DNA of 32,000 nucleotides from Pseudoalteromonas translucida KMM 520. Lineage in GTDB: Bacteria; Pseudomonadota; Gammaproteobacteria; Enterobacterales; Alteromonadaceae. The notes below the pieces were generated by a model that was not told where the DNA came from, made no database searches, and worked only from the letters and a program-made list of their open reading frames with translations. Positions 10,226 to 19,211 of the stretch are shown one piece after another. The stretch's first letter is position 1. Every line of letters starts with the position of its first letter. A program made the translations under genes and the position numbers. The stretch is from assembly GCF_001465295.1 (NCBI RefSeq), contig NZ_CP011034.1, positions 1,740,001-1,772,000 of the forward strand, read 5' to 3'.

Positions 10226-10358
10226 TACCATCGAACATTAACAACTGGCCCTCGGTCAATTGAATAGTTTGTTCGAACCCCGTTTCATTAAGTAAGAGAA
10301 ACTCATCAGGCTCGACACTGACACTGACACTGTATACTTTATTAAATTTGTCTGGCAT
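10226..10358 (-). pseudogene. N-terminal part (44 codons plus 1 nt) of the IS-split small ORF; putative immunity gene of the adjacent AHH toxin
   Basis: ATG 10358..10356 gives MPDKFNKVYSVSVSVEPDEFLLLNETGFEQTIQLTEGQLLMFDG. Removing 8960-10225 joins it in frame (..GTPVNILNNRETAID..) to 8748-8959. The start overlaps the upstream stop as TAATG. Confidence 0.6.
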
Positions 10359-10921
10359 TAGGCATTACCTTGAGTCAATAATGTAGTAATTGGAAATGTA
10401 CCATCGGCAAGTTCTTCACCTATCTCTTTTAACGTTTCGATAATACCTTGTCGACCTAGGCCTTCTGCTATCGTTCATTAAGTAAAAACTCAATATTAAA
10501 ATAATATTTGCCTGTATGAATTTTTGAATGTGGATAAGCATCTGGGAGGATGTCCATTGGAACATGCTTTTGAAACCGAGGTAAGTAGACTCCATTTGCT
10601 TCATGGTCAATATCGATACCGAACGTCGCTAACCTCAGCCTTAAACGGGCAGCGCGCATATCATTCTAAGACACTATGTGATGAGCCGCTGTATTTTTAG
10701 GTTTATTTCCGCGCCCAGCCTTCGCTATATTTGCTGCTAGCTTTTGAGCATGCTTTTTTATATGCTCCCAGCGTACATGGCGTGAGTAGATTAAGTCATC
10801 AGCCGAGATAATGTATAGAAAACGCATGGGCTTGGGCTTTAGCTAAACTACGGTCATCGGTTACGAGAAATAAATTGTTTTCAATATCTTGAATAGTTAC
10901 TTCATGTATCTCTTGACGCAT
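10358..10921 (-). pseudogene. Decayed AHH-family (HNH/EndoVII superfamily) nuclease toxin gene
   Basis: ATG 10921 follows a GGAG RBS. The first frame stops at 10799-10801. A shifted frame then gives ...KPKNTAAHHIVS, followed by an in-frame TAG (10666-10668), then NDMRAARLRLRLATFGIDIDHEANGVYLP...HSKIHTGKYY. A second shift near 10468 leads to AEGLGRQGIIETLKEIGEELADGTFPITTLLTQGNA*. Confidence 0.65.
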
Positions 10922-11022
10922 AAAAACTCCTTTTAAATGTTGTTTCTAATATAGATACTTATAAACATATGTACAAGCTTGAAAGCTTTTTTTGAGCATA
11001 CAGCCACTACAAGACAACATAG

Positions 11023-11757
11023 TTATAGACTTATACTCTCACAGCGGCTTTTAACTACATCATTTTGATTCTTTTGTAGCTTGGAAATCTTCTCAGCTCT
11101 AGTGCACTCCCAAGCATCAACAGGATACATTTTATCCCACGCATTCATTAGTTGGCGTTGCGCTTTACTCATATTGTATCGTTTATAAGTGTTCTCCATA
11201 TACAAATAAGTACGCGCAATTTGCCCTCTAGCCACTTCAGGTGGCTCAGCTTTTCTGTCGTCGATTTTCATCGCGCAACGTCCAAAATCGCTTTGAGCCG
11301 CTGGAAGCATGGTAAAGTTATGATTACTTCTCAGCGCATTCACGGCACCAATGGCCGGATAGAGGTTAAACATATCAGCTTGCATAAAACGGTATTCTGT
11401 ATTTACTTTTTCGGCACATCGTCGACCTTTAAATGACTTCCCCTTACTATTCACACATTGCTTGTCCCCATCTCGCCATTCGCTAAAAGTACGACCAAAG
11501 TTTTCTGCTGGAACAACGTGCTCCCATTCAATTTTTTTAGATCGTTTGACGTACTTTGTTGTAGAAAAGCCCTCCGGCGCGGTTACTTTTTTACTAGCGT
11601 CAAATGTCGCACCACAATAAAGTGTAATGCGGTGATTGTTATAAACCTGCTTTTCTAGAAGTCGTTTAGCTTTGCTAAATGAGTCGATTTCTTGATTTCC
11701 TGAAGAGGCAGCAGAGAAAGTAAGTGTTGCTAACAGTGTAATTGTGGATGCTTTCAT
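11023..11757 (-). CDS. endA: Periplasmic/extracellular endonuclease I (EndA/Dns/Vvn family)
   Basis: Signal peptide, then IEWEHVVPAENFG, MQADMFNLYPAIGAVNALRSN, CAMKIDDRKAEPPEVARGQIARTYLYM and MNAWDKMYPVDAWEC, collinear with E. coli EndA. Confidence 0.9.
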   Translation of the reverse strand: MKASTITLLATLTFSAASSGNQEIDSFSKAKRLLEKQVYNNHRITLYCGATFDASKKVTAPEGFSTTKYVKRSKKIEWEHVVPAENFGRTFSEWRDGDKQCVNSKGKSFKGRRCAEKVNTEYRFMQADMFNLYPAIGAVNALRSNHNFTMLPAAQSDFGRCAMKIDDRKAEPPEVARGQIARTYLYMENTYKRYNMSKAQRQLMNAWDKMYPVDAWECTRAEKISKLQKNQNDVVKSRCESISL

Positions 11758-11892
11758 TATGATTCTTGATACCTATTTCGGTTAAATATGCGACATACTA
11801 TAACTGAGTTAATAAGCTAATTCTCATTTGTGGCGACTAACAATTTTAATTGTAGAACTAAGATATTGTGCTTATAAAGTTTAATCGGAAAG

Positions 11893-12402
11893 TTACTTCC
11901 CAGTCCATGTATTGTCATTTTGATACTGCCCAGAGCAAGCGCTGTTATATGCAAATTGGCCCGTAGACTTATCTCGACAGCACCAGACTAAGTTGTAGTT
12001 GCTATCATAAAACTGGTCCCATGCATAACCAGAAGAATAGTTATTTGACACGCCAGCTCCTGCCGCAGCAACAGCTAAAACGACGACACCTACCGCAACA
12101 ACAGCAGCAACAACGCCTTGAGCGATTTCTTTTCTGTCTTGTGCAGCTAATATCTCACATTTGTATTGAGTGAGTGTTCTATATTTAACTTCTCTGTTAA
12201 GCGCGTAGATATAGTTCGCTTCATCAGTATTTTCGGCTGTATAACTTTTAGCGAGGATATCTTTATCATTAAGGTAGTTTCGACACACTTGGGCATCTGT
12301 TAATTCAGAGTCACCGGCAATGATGGCGTGTCTAGAGGCTGAACAGCCAGTAATAACGCTAAGTATTAGAAAAGATGCAATAGTGTTTTTAACTACAGTC
12401 AT
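11893..12402 (-). CDS. Hypothetical lipoprotein with a hydrophobic Ala/Val-rich segment
   Basis: Lipobox LSVITGC near the N-terminus; a later VVAAVVAVGVVVLAVAAAGAG stretch. Confidence 0.55.
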   Translation of the reverse strand: MTVVKNTIASFLILSVITGCSASRHAIIAGDSELTDAQVCRNYLNDKDILAKSYTAENTDEANYIYALNREVKYRTLTQYKCEILAAQDRKEIAQGVVAAVVAVGVVVLAVAAAGAGVSNNYSSGYAWDQFYDSNYNLVWCCRDKSTGQFAYNSACSGQYQNDNTWTGK

Positions 12403-12599
12403 TAGTAAATTATTCCATATTTAAAATAAACTTTGGGTAAGTTCATAATTCCTTCGTCAAATTTTAACAAACGAAGGCAGGTTTTCCTAACTGTTAAAAA
12501 AGGGTTTTTAATGTTTAGGTATGAAGACTGTTTATATCAGCCTTAATAAAAATATCGTCTTCACAAAAAGAATCTTGGCTTAATTGGAATCTTAAATTA

Positions 12600-12619
12600 C
12601 ACTGTACATATAAACAGTG
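12600..12619 (+). promoter_or_regulatory. LexA/SOS box upstream of umuDC
   Basis: tACTGTACATATAAACAGTg has the CTG-N10-CAG spacing of the gammaproteobacterial SOS box. It lies about 13 nt before the umuD ATG. Confidence 0.8.
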
Positions 12620-12631
12620 CTTGAGGTGTGT

Positions 12632-13048
12632 ATGTTCGTTATTCCAATTTTTATAGAAGCAGGTATCACCGGCTTTGAATCTCCTGCTGCAGAATATGTA
12701 GAGCTAGGTATTTCAATCGATGAACTAATCATTAAACACCCGAATGCCACTTTTATTGGTATAGCTTCTGGGCAATCCATGCAAGAAGTAGGAATATTCG
12801 ATGGTGACTTATTAGTCATTGATAGAGCTGAGGATGTAAGTACCGGCGATGTCATTGTTGCAAGCTATAACGGTTCGTTTGTTTGTAAAATCATAGATAA
12901 ATCGCAACGCTTACTTATCTCTGCCTCTAAAGATTATAAGTCTGTTTATATCTCTAATGATGATGACTTTAAGCTCGAAGGTGTCGTTACTGCGAGCATC
13001 CGCCTACACAGAAATAAAGCTGAAGTGAATCGATGTTTGCCCTCGTAG
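12632..13048 (+). CDS. umuD: UmuD, SOS translesion polymerase V accessory subunit (S24 LexA-like peptidase)
   Basis: GFESPAAEYVE...FIGIASGQSMQEVGIFDGDLLVIDRAEDVSTGDVIVASYNGSFVCK is collinear with E. coli UmuD. ATG 12632 with a GAGG RBS is preferred over the track GTG 12617, which lies inside the SOS box. Confidence 0.9.
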   Translation: MFVIPIFIEAGITGFESPAAEYVELGISIDELIIKHPNATFIGIASGQSMQEVGIFDGDLLVIDRAEDVSTGDVIVASYNGSFVCKIIDKSQRLLISASKDYKSVYISNDDDFKLEGVVTASIRLHRNKAEVNRCLPS

Positions 13049-14292
13049 ATGCAGTTGCATTTTATGCCAGTGCGGAGAAGGTGTTTGACCCATCCATTCG
13101 CTTTAAACCCGTTGTTGTTCTAACAAATAACGATGGGTGTATTTGTGCAATATGCCCTATTGCTAGAAAGCTTAATATCCCGAAATTTGAACCTTACTTC
13201 AAAATTAGACCCTATTTAGAGCAGCATAATGTCGTCGTGCGCTCTTCAAATTATGAACTCTATGCTGATTTGAGTGAGAGAATGATGACGGTCATTAATC
13301 GTTTTTGTGATGACCATTATGTTTATAGTATTGATGAGTCATTTTTACGTTTTACTGGTTTTTCTAAAATCATCAATGACTGGGCTGATTACGGACACAC
13401 AATACGGCGAGCGGTATGGCGCGAAACAGGATTGCCTGTTGGTGTAGGCTTTGGCATTACGCCTACGTTAGCTAAAGCTGCCAACCATGCGGCAAAAAAA
13501 CTCTCTGGTTATAACGGAGTTGCTGTTATTAATGATGATATATCACGCCAAGAAATCCTGACGCGTATGGATGTTACCGATGTCTGGGGTATTGGCTCTC
13601 GACTCGGTAGAAAACTTAAGATCATGGGGATTAAAAGTGCATGGGATTTAGCAAACCAGAACCCTAAAGCAATGCGACACATGTTTAGCGTTGTTGTTGA
13701 GAGGACCGTAAGTGAGCTTAACGGCATCGCCTGTTTAAGTTGGGATGAAGTAAAACAGAATAAAAAAGAAATCTACTCAACGAGAAGTTTCGGGGAAAGA
13801 GTAAGTGATTTAAATACATTAAAATCAGCCCTCGTAACACACGCAGCGATTGTTGGCCGCAAGCTAAGAAAACAACAGTCATTAGCAAAACGACTTGTTA
13901 TATTCGCTGCAAGCTCGCCACACGAAGACGCGTATTATAAGAAATCTTTGCTCTATGATTTTCCTATACCTACATCAGATACCAGTGTTATAGCCAATGC
14001 TGTTTCAGATGTTATTGATGATATTTTTAAGGCTAACACGCGCTTTTATCGCTGCGGTATTGGCGCAATAGAGTTAGAAAGTGAGTTATTTCAACAAGCC
14101 GATATGTTCTCTGTAAGTGAGGATAAACCTAAAATGATGGAATGCTTAGATGTAATAAATAAACGCTATGGTGTAGGAACTTTATCTATAGGTAGTGAAA
14201 AGCTAACAAAATCATGGAACATGAAAAGGGCTTTTTTATCGCCCCACTACACAACCCGCTGGTCAGACATTCCTATCATAGATTGTGATTGA
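13033..14292 (+). CDS. umuC: UmuC, Y-family DNA polymerase V catalytic subunit
   Basis: MFALVDAVAFYASAEKVFDPSIRFKPVVVLTNNDGCICA...YSIDESFL is the canonical UmuC N-terminus. It overlaps umuD by 16 nt. Confidence 0.92.
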   Translation: MFALVDAVAFYASAEKVFDPSIRFKPVVVLTNNDGCICAICPIARKLNIPKFEPYFKIRPYLEQHNVVVRSSNYELYADLSERMMTVINRFCDDHYVYSIDESFLRFTGFSKIINDWADYGHTIRRAVWRETGLPVGVGFGITPTLAKAANHAAKKLSGYNGVAVINDDISRQEILTRMDVTDVWGIGSRLGRKLKIMGIKSAWDLANQNPKAMRHMFSVVVERTVSELNGIACLSWDEVKQNKKEIYSTRSFGERVSDLNTLKSALVTHAAIVGRKLRKQQSLAKRLVIFAASSPHEDAYYKKSLLYDFPIPTSDTSVIANAVSDVIDDIFKANTRFYRCGIGAIELESELFQQADMFSVSEDKPKMMECLDVINKRYGVGTLSIGSEKLTKSWNMKRAFLSPHYTTRWSDIPIIDCD

Positions 14293-14741
14293 ATTAGTTA
14301 AGTTAATATTGAATATGTTCCATTCCGACCAATAAAAGCATGAACATTTGTAGTTAAGCTCGGTTGTGGCTTTTTAACAACTTTGAATTTTAAGTCTTTG
14401 TTACCAAACTCATCTAGACTTGGACTAAAAGCAAAATGGACTTCCCAGCTTTCACTAGACACCGGCTTATAATCTTAAAGTACAAAACGGAAGTAAACTT
14501 CCGGCTTGTAAGCTTGTATTGGTATATTCCGAAATTAAACTTCCGTTTCTAGGGCTTTAAAGGTAGTTATCGGTAATATACTTCTTTTTTTGATAGCGTT
14601 AACCTAGATAGCTATATGAACAACTTTTCGGGGTCTCCTTTGAGCGAAAACCGGACACTGAAAAAGTTAAATTTATTCCTACTTCTTTGAGTAGGAGCCT
14701 AATTTTGTCCGATAACATTATTAAACGCCGTTTTGGGGCAA

Positions 14742-14877
14742 AATAACATGCTTAATTCCTAGCTGTTTTAATTACTTGTTTACAAAGGTAATTATTGGTG
14801 AAATTATCAGGGTATGTAATATACGCCGTTTTGGTGTGTTATAAACCACCAAAATGGTGTTCAATAAGCTGTTATGT
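14742..14877 (+). repeat. attC-like site preceding the first cassette ORF
   Basis: The left arm ATAACAtGCTTAaTT pairs with the right arm AATAAGC-TGTTAT. The two unpaired bases are on the left arm, as in canonical attC. It ends in GTTATGT (GTTRRRY-like) 31 nt before the ORF start. Confidence 0.5.
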
Positions 14878-14907
14878 GTTCCTCAGAGTATTGGTGTTAA
14901 TTAAATT

Positions 14908-15801
14908 ATGGAAGATCTAAGAAGAACATGTTTCTTTTGTGCCGAGAGAATTGAAGAAAAGAAAACTCTAGAGCATATTATTCCTAATAGCCTTTTAGGA
15001 AAGCTAAGTATTAAAGAAAAAACAATAACAGGGCAAAAAGAAACTCAATATAGTCGAGTAAAAGTACCTGCCCATTCTACTTGTAATAGTGGATTTGGAA
15101 GTGACTTTGAAAACAGAGCGCTTGAGCTACTTGAGGATCCTGATTTGTTGTATGAAAGTATAACGAATGAAGAGGGTGGCATAGCAATGATGTATGGCCC
15201 TGACGAATCAGATACCGCAATAATTACTACATGGTTATCAAAGATTTATTATGGCTTGTTTTACTATGATCTCATTTCCACACAAGATGATGATTGGAGA
15301 AATATTTGTTCGAGCGTGATAGCTAATGATAATTTTGAATACGTGCGCCGTTCATACAAAAATGGTCATGGATTCCAATTACCTTCAAGCTTATATGTAT
15401 TTAAAACAAATAATTTAGATACCGACCTAACTACTTTCATTGAGCCTAGCAGTATAATGTTAAAGGTAGGGGCAATAACATTAATACTTTGTATCAGTGA
15501 TGGTTACTTAACTAAGAATTATCTGAACGGTGATACGCTAGAGCGGTTAAGGAAAAATATTCAAACTGAAGATGAAACGAATATAAATTTTCCATCGCAT
15601 AAAATGGCTTTTGCGGAAATATTGGCACTTCGTAGTTGTATTCCCAAAACCCCTAAGTTCGTCACTAGTGATAATCAAGTAATTAACATGAGTTTATCTA
15701 CAATGGTTTCCAATCCAGACAAGTACTACCAAATAAATGATGATAGGTATAAGGAAGCTAGAATTGAGATACTTGGTAAGTTTGGTATAAAGTTAGGTTA
15801 A
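14908..15801 (+). CDS. Cassette ORF: HNH-family nuclease-like protein (297 aa)
   Basis: CFFCAERIEEKKTLEHIIPNSLLGK...VPAHSTCNSGFG gives the CxxC...EH...N...H..CN arrangement of the HNH motif. Confidence 0.7.
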   Translation: MEDLRRTCFFCAERIEEKKTLEHIIPNSLLGKLSIKEKTITGQKETQYSRVKVPAHSTCNSGFGSDFENRALELLEDPDLLYESITNEEGGIAMMYGPDESDTAIITTWLSKIYYGLFYYDLISTQDDDWRNICSSVIANDNFEYVRRSYKNGHGFQLPSSLYVFKTNNLDTDLTTFIEPSSIMLKVGAITLILCISDGYLTKNYLNGDTLERLRKNIQTEDETNINFPSHKMAFAEILALRSCIPKTPKFVTSDNQVINMSLSTMVSNPDKYYQINDDRYKEARIEILGKFGIKLG

Positions 15802-15808
15802 ATAAACA

Positions 15809-15907
15809 CATAGCAAGGCGTTTAAACGGAACAAAAACAGTGGGTTACGTTTCTCTTCGCTACACATTATAACCCACAATTTTTGTCCGCTTAACGCGGC
15901 GTTAGTT
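15809..15907 (+). repeat. attC-like site (family A)
   Basis: Inverted arms GGAACAAAAACAGTGGGTTA / TAACCCACAATTTTTGTCC. It ends in GTTAGTT and is near-identical in layout to 22770-22867. Confidence 0.6.
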
Positions 15908-15944
15908 TTCTCATCAACATCATCATTTATCAACAAGGATAGAA

Positions 15945-16184
15945 ATGGATACTTTCATTGAATTTGTAAAATCAGACATTGGGGTCACGCTGGCTTGGCT
16001 ATGTACTGTAGGAAGTACATTGTTTGCGGTGATTGCATCAAAGAAAAATAAACAGTTGAAAATAAAAATTGGCGAAATAACAAAGAATTCAACAGTAGAT
16101 AATAGTAAGGATAGTGTTATGCAAAACGGCCAGAAGAATGTATATACAAAGACCAACTCTGGCGGCATGAAAATTGATATGTAA
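15945..16184 (+). CDS. Small single-pass membrane protein (79 aa), first gene of the four-gene cassette
   Basis: AAGGA RBS 6 nt before the ATG. TM helix IGVTLAWLCTVGSTLFAVIAS followed by an Asn/Lys-rich tail. Confidence 0.55.
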   Translation: MDTFIEFVKSDIGVTLAWLCTVGSTLFAVIASKKNKQLKIKIGEITKNSTVDNSKDSVMQNGQKNVYTKTNSGGMKIDM

Positions 16185-16195
16185 GGACTAAACTC

Positions 16196-16780
16196 TTGAC
16201 CATAGGAAATGAAGGGGGTAAACCCCCAGCAAATAAAACAGTTCACGTTGAACGTAATGCTGGAAATATCATAATCGGGGATTCACCCGAATATGAGATC
16301 AGCTCGGCTATAAATGAATTGCTAAAGTCATTAGCTAACAAGCCGTTTACGTTTAAGAAAAGCAGAAGACGCCCATCCTCTGAAACAGTTGTGAAGATTA
16401 AATACAATAGTCTTAAAGCTAAAAGTCATATCATAAAGCAATACTTAGATCATTCCTCAAAAGTAGAAGAAGCCTATTCCGAGATAGACTCATTGATAAC
16501 TTTTGGAAAAGATACAATCCTGCAAAATTTAAACGATTTATACTATCTTGCTTTAGACGCTGTTGAAATCGACTATCTAACTTGCGATATAGACATAGCT
16601 AAAATCAGAGAAAATTCAGAGTTCATTTTGGATTTTATTATTCAAAGATTAAAAAACACCGTATTTGAATCAAAAAACACTCCAGCTTACAAAGAGCATG
16701 TTGAATTGGGCGTGAATGTCGTCGTCGCTCATGCTTTTATTGAGTGCATAATTATGGAAAACCCAACTTATGATTCCTAG
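16196..16780 (+). CDS. Putative ABC-three-component (ABC-3C) effector-component protein (C-terminal helical module only, 194 aa)
   Basis: TTG start 8 nt after AAGGA. An operon with the small middle gene and the ABC ATPase, with overlapping stop/start codons. The assignment rests on gene order and size, not on a recognised motif. Confidence 0.5.
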   Translation: MTIGNEGGKPPANKTVHVERNAGNIIIGDSPEYEISSAINELLKSLANKPFTFKKSRRRPSSETVVKIKYNSLKAKSHIIKQYLDHSSKVEEAYSEIDSLITFGKDTILQNLNDLYYLALDAVEIDYLTCDIDIAKIRENSEFILDFIIQRLKNTVFESKNTPAYKEHVELGVNVVVAHAFIECIIMENPTYDS

Positions 16781-16994
16781 AAATGGTTGTGACCCAGAAA
16801 TAAATATTGTAAGTATCGGAGCAAAAATTCTAAAGCAAGTGGCAGAGGAAAATCCGTCCTTGGATGCGATACTCACTGACTGTTCTTCAGATCTAAAAGT
16901 ATCGATTGACCACATTATATTGTCATTAGATTGGTTGTTTGCAATTAAGGCTATTGGGATTAATGGAACAGAGGTTTTTATAAATGAAGCTTGA
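16770..16994 (+). CDS. Putative ABC-3C middle component (74 aa)
   Basis: It overlaps the upstream gene by 11 nt and the downstream ATPase gene by 11 nt. Size and position match the middle component of ABC-3C systems. Confidence 0.55.
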   Translation: MIPRNGCDPEINIVSIGAKILKQVAEENPSLDAILTDCSSDLKVSIDHIILSLDWLFAIKAIGINGTEVFINEA

Positions 16995-18675
16995 TAACCT
17001 TGAAATAAAGATAAATAGCGAAGTAAAAAGATTGGTTAAATTCGAGACAGGCCTTAACCTCATCACAAACAAGCCAAATTCTGGGCGTACAGGAAACAGC
17101 GTCGGAAAATCAACATTATCAAGAGTGGTTGATTTTCTAATGCTAGGAAGCATAGACAATATTTACATCGATGAAGAGTTCAAAAAGCCAAACCTTGAGA
17201 TAGAAGCGCTTTTTAAGAACAACTTTGTAACTGCTTCTCTCAGTTTCTTTGACTTCTCAAACAAAATAAATCAAATTTCTCGAAATCTATGTGTTGGTGG
17301 AGAATCTGAATCTAAATTCTGGGTAAATGGTGAAATTGTTGAAGAAAAGGGATATGAGTCATTTATTCAGGATAAAATCTTTAATATATCTACTAGAAGG
17401 CCTTCTGTTCGAGCTGTAGCGCCTAAATTCATTAGAAATGACAGTCATAGAATGTTGAGTACGACCAAGTTTCTTGATAAACGACAAGGCCCAAAAGATT
17501 ACAGCGAACTTTTTTTATACCTTTTCGGCTTCAACAATACGTCTTTACTTACAGAGAAAAGAGATGCAACGAATCTGGTTAATAGACGAAAAAGAAATTC
17601 CACTTCAATCAATGCTCTAGTGAAAGAGCAAAAGCCAACAAGTGAGATCAAGAAATATAAGGCAGATGCTAAAGAGCTAGAGAACAACCTTTTAACATTC
17701 GAATACTCGTCAGAATATTCTAATCCAATAGAAAGGCTTTCAGAACTACAAGTAAAAGAAGACAGATATACCGAAGAGCTTCTATCAATACAGCGAAAAG
17801 TAGACAATATCAATCATACTATCGAACTATTATCCAAAGACAAAGATGGTTATTTAATCAACGAGCTTAAAGCTATATATAGTTTTTCTGGTGTAGCAAT
17901 TGATGGAGCCTTAAGAGAACTTGAAGACGTTATTTTGTTCCATAGAAATCTCGTTGAAAAAAAGAGGCGCTTTCTTACGATTGACTTGCCTAAATTGGAT
18001 GAGGAATCTGAAGGTCTTCAAGCAGAGCTCAGTTCAATACGGAAAGATAAGTTACAAGTTTTTTCTGATATGAGGTCTAAGGAAAGCTTAGACAATGTGA
18101 CTAAAAATCTGAAACGTCTTGGTGAGCTTAAAGTTGAACTTGGAAAGTTAGAAGGTCTAATGGAGCAGCAGTCCAAGGCAAAATTAGATCAAACTGAAGC
18201 TGAAGCTCAATTGCAGAAAATCCTTGAGGCTATTTCCAAAGAGATTGACTATGTTTATGAGTTTGAGAAAAAATTCAATACACATTTAGGATCTCTTACT
18301 AAAAGTCTTCACGATGAAGAATACAGCATAGACTTAGAATTCAATAAGGATAGTGGTACTTGTTCTATAGAGCTCAATAACTCAGCAACTAATCCTGAGG
18401 GTGGGAAGAAGAAAGCCGAAGTCATTGCTTTTGATTTTGCATATATACATGCCATTAATGAGTTAAAGCTGAATCGACCAAATTTTATATTTCATGACAG
18501 TATTGAGGATATTGACCAAAAACAGATTGAAGATATTTTCAAAGAGGCAAAGAAACTCCCGGGTCAACAGATTTTGTCAATGCTATCAGATAAAATATCA
18601 GAAGAAACTTACAAGGAGATATCCAAAAATGTAATCTTATCTCTTGATGAGGATGAAAAGTTCTTTTGTGTTTAA
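16984..18675 (+). CDS. ABC-type ATPase with coiled-coil insert (DUF2326 / ABC-3C ATPase-like, 563 aa)
   Basis: N-terminal strand plus P-loop (LNLITNKPNSGRTGNSVGKSTL). About 250 aa of heptad-rich coiled coil. Signature-like NPEGGKKKAEVIAFDFAY, then Walker B/D-loop RPNFIFHDSIEDID. Confidence 0.78.
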   Translation: MKLDNLEIKINSEVKRLVKFETGLNLITNKPNSGRTGNSVGKSTLSRVVDFLMLGSIDNIYIDEEFKKPNLEIEALFKNNFVTASLSFFDFSNKINQISRNLCVGGESESKFWVNGEIVEEKGYESFIQDKIFNISTRRPSVRAVAPKFIRNDSHRMLSTTKFLDKRQGPKDYSELFLYLFGFNNTSLLTEKRDATNLVNRRKRNSTSINALVKEQKPTSEIKKYKADAKELENNLLTFEYSSEYSNPIERLSELQVKEDRYTEELLSIQRKVDNINHTIELLSKDKDGYLINELKAIYSFSGVAIDGALRELEDVILFHRNLVEKKRRFLTIDLPKLDEESEGLQAELSSIRKDKLQVFSDMRSKESLDNVTKNLKRLGELKVELGKLEGLMEQQSKAKLDQTEAEAQLQKILEAISKEIDYVYEFEKKFNTHLGSLTKSLHDEEYSIDLEFNKDSGTCSIELNNSATNPEGGKKKAEVIAFDFAYIHAINELKLNRPNFIFHDSIEDIDQKQIEDIFKEAKKLPGQQILSMLSDKISEETYKEISKNVILSLDEDEKFFCV

Positions 18676-18683
18676 ACAAAAAA

Positions 18684-18741
18684 CTAACAAGTCAAATCAC
18701 TCGGACGCAGCGAAGCTGCGCCGGTGTTTGAGGCGTTATGT
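18684..18741 (+). repeat. attC-like site (short, 58 bp)
   Basis: CTAACAAGT-CAAAtCACtCGGaCGCAGC-gaa-GCTGCGCCGGTGTTTG-aggcGTTATGT is a clean stem with three unpaired bases confined to the left arm, with TAAC and GTTRRRY ends. Confidence 0.72.
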
Positions 18742-18764
18742 GTTTCAGGAGTATGGTGTTTTCA

Positions 18765-19091
18765 ATGGATAATGATGACGTAAAAATTGTAGAAGCAAAA
18801 ATGGAGTTAGAACGCATTTCTGAGCTTCAAAAGTATAAAGAAGAATTTGATAAGCTTGGTTCAAATGACTGGGGGCTTAAAGACTTTCTTTCTATTATTG
18901 CGCCATTTGGCTTACTTCTACTTGCAAATAGTTTCTTTACAATCGAGAGTGAGTTATTTCAAATAATGTGCGTTATTTTCGTTGCCTCATCTTTTGTTCA
19001 AGGCATGGTTACCGCTGAAAGTAAAAAGACAAACCGCAGAATTGATATACTGCTCAAAATCATCAAACAAGGACAGAGTAAAAACACATAA
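18765..19091 (+). CDS. Cassette ORF: small two-TM membrane protein
   Basis: Track ORF 18738..19091. The ATG at 18738 lies inside the attC core, so a later in-frame ATG (18753 or 18765) is more likely. Hydrophobic helices FLSIIAPFGLLLLANSFFTI and LFQIMCVIFVASSFVQGMV. Confidence 0.5.
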   Translation: MDNDDVKIVEAKMELERISELQKYKEEFDKLGSNDWGLKDFLSIIAPFGLLLLANSFFTIESELFQIMCVIFVASSFVQGMVTAESKKTNRRIDILLKIIKQGQSKNT

Positions 19092-19183
19092 CAACACGCC
19101 CTGAGGTGGACAGCAAGCACTAAAGCTCACTTTCCACCGCAAGTTTAGCCAACAGTCAATTGCCCCTTAGCAAAGCGTTAGGC
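19087..19183 (+). repeat. attC-like site
   Basis: It starts CATAACA (overlapping the stop codon), has the internal stem GGTGGA...TCCACC, and ends in GCGTTAGGC. Confidence 0.5.
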
Positions 19184-19211
19184 ATATCAAGGTAGAGGGA
19201 TTTATCGTTCA

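Noticed and set aside
10416-10610. Track ORF 10416..10610 (minus)
   Set aside because: It is an alternative frame across the AHH pseudogene. The AHH-motif frame explains the region better.
11152-13727. Track ORFs 11152..11436, 11458..11658, 12592..12855 and 13509..13727
   Set aside because: They are antisense shadows of endA, umuD and umuC.
14296-14460. Minus-strand 55-codon ORF (VSSESWEVHFAFSPSLDEFGNKDLKFKVVKK...) convergent with umuC
   Set aside because: It is short, has only a GTG start, and shows no RBS or recognisable motif.
15923-17813. Track ORFs 15923..16246, 16670..16915, 16926..17159 and 17499..17813 (minus)
   Set aside because: They are antisense to the tightly overlapping four-gene cassette operon.
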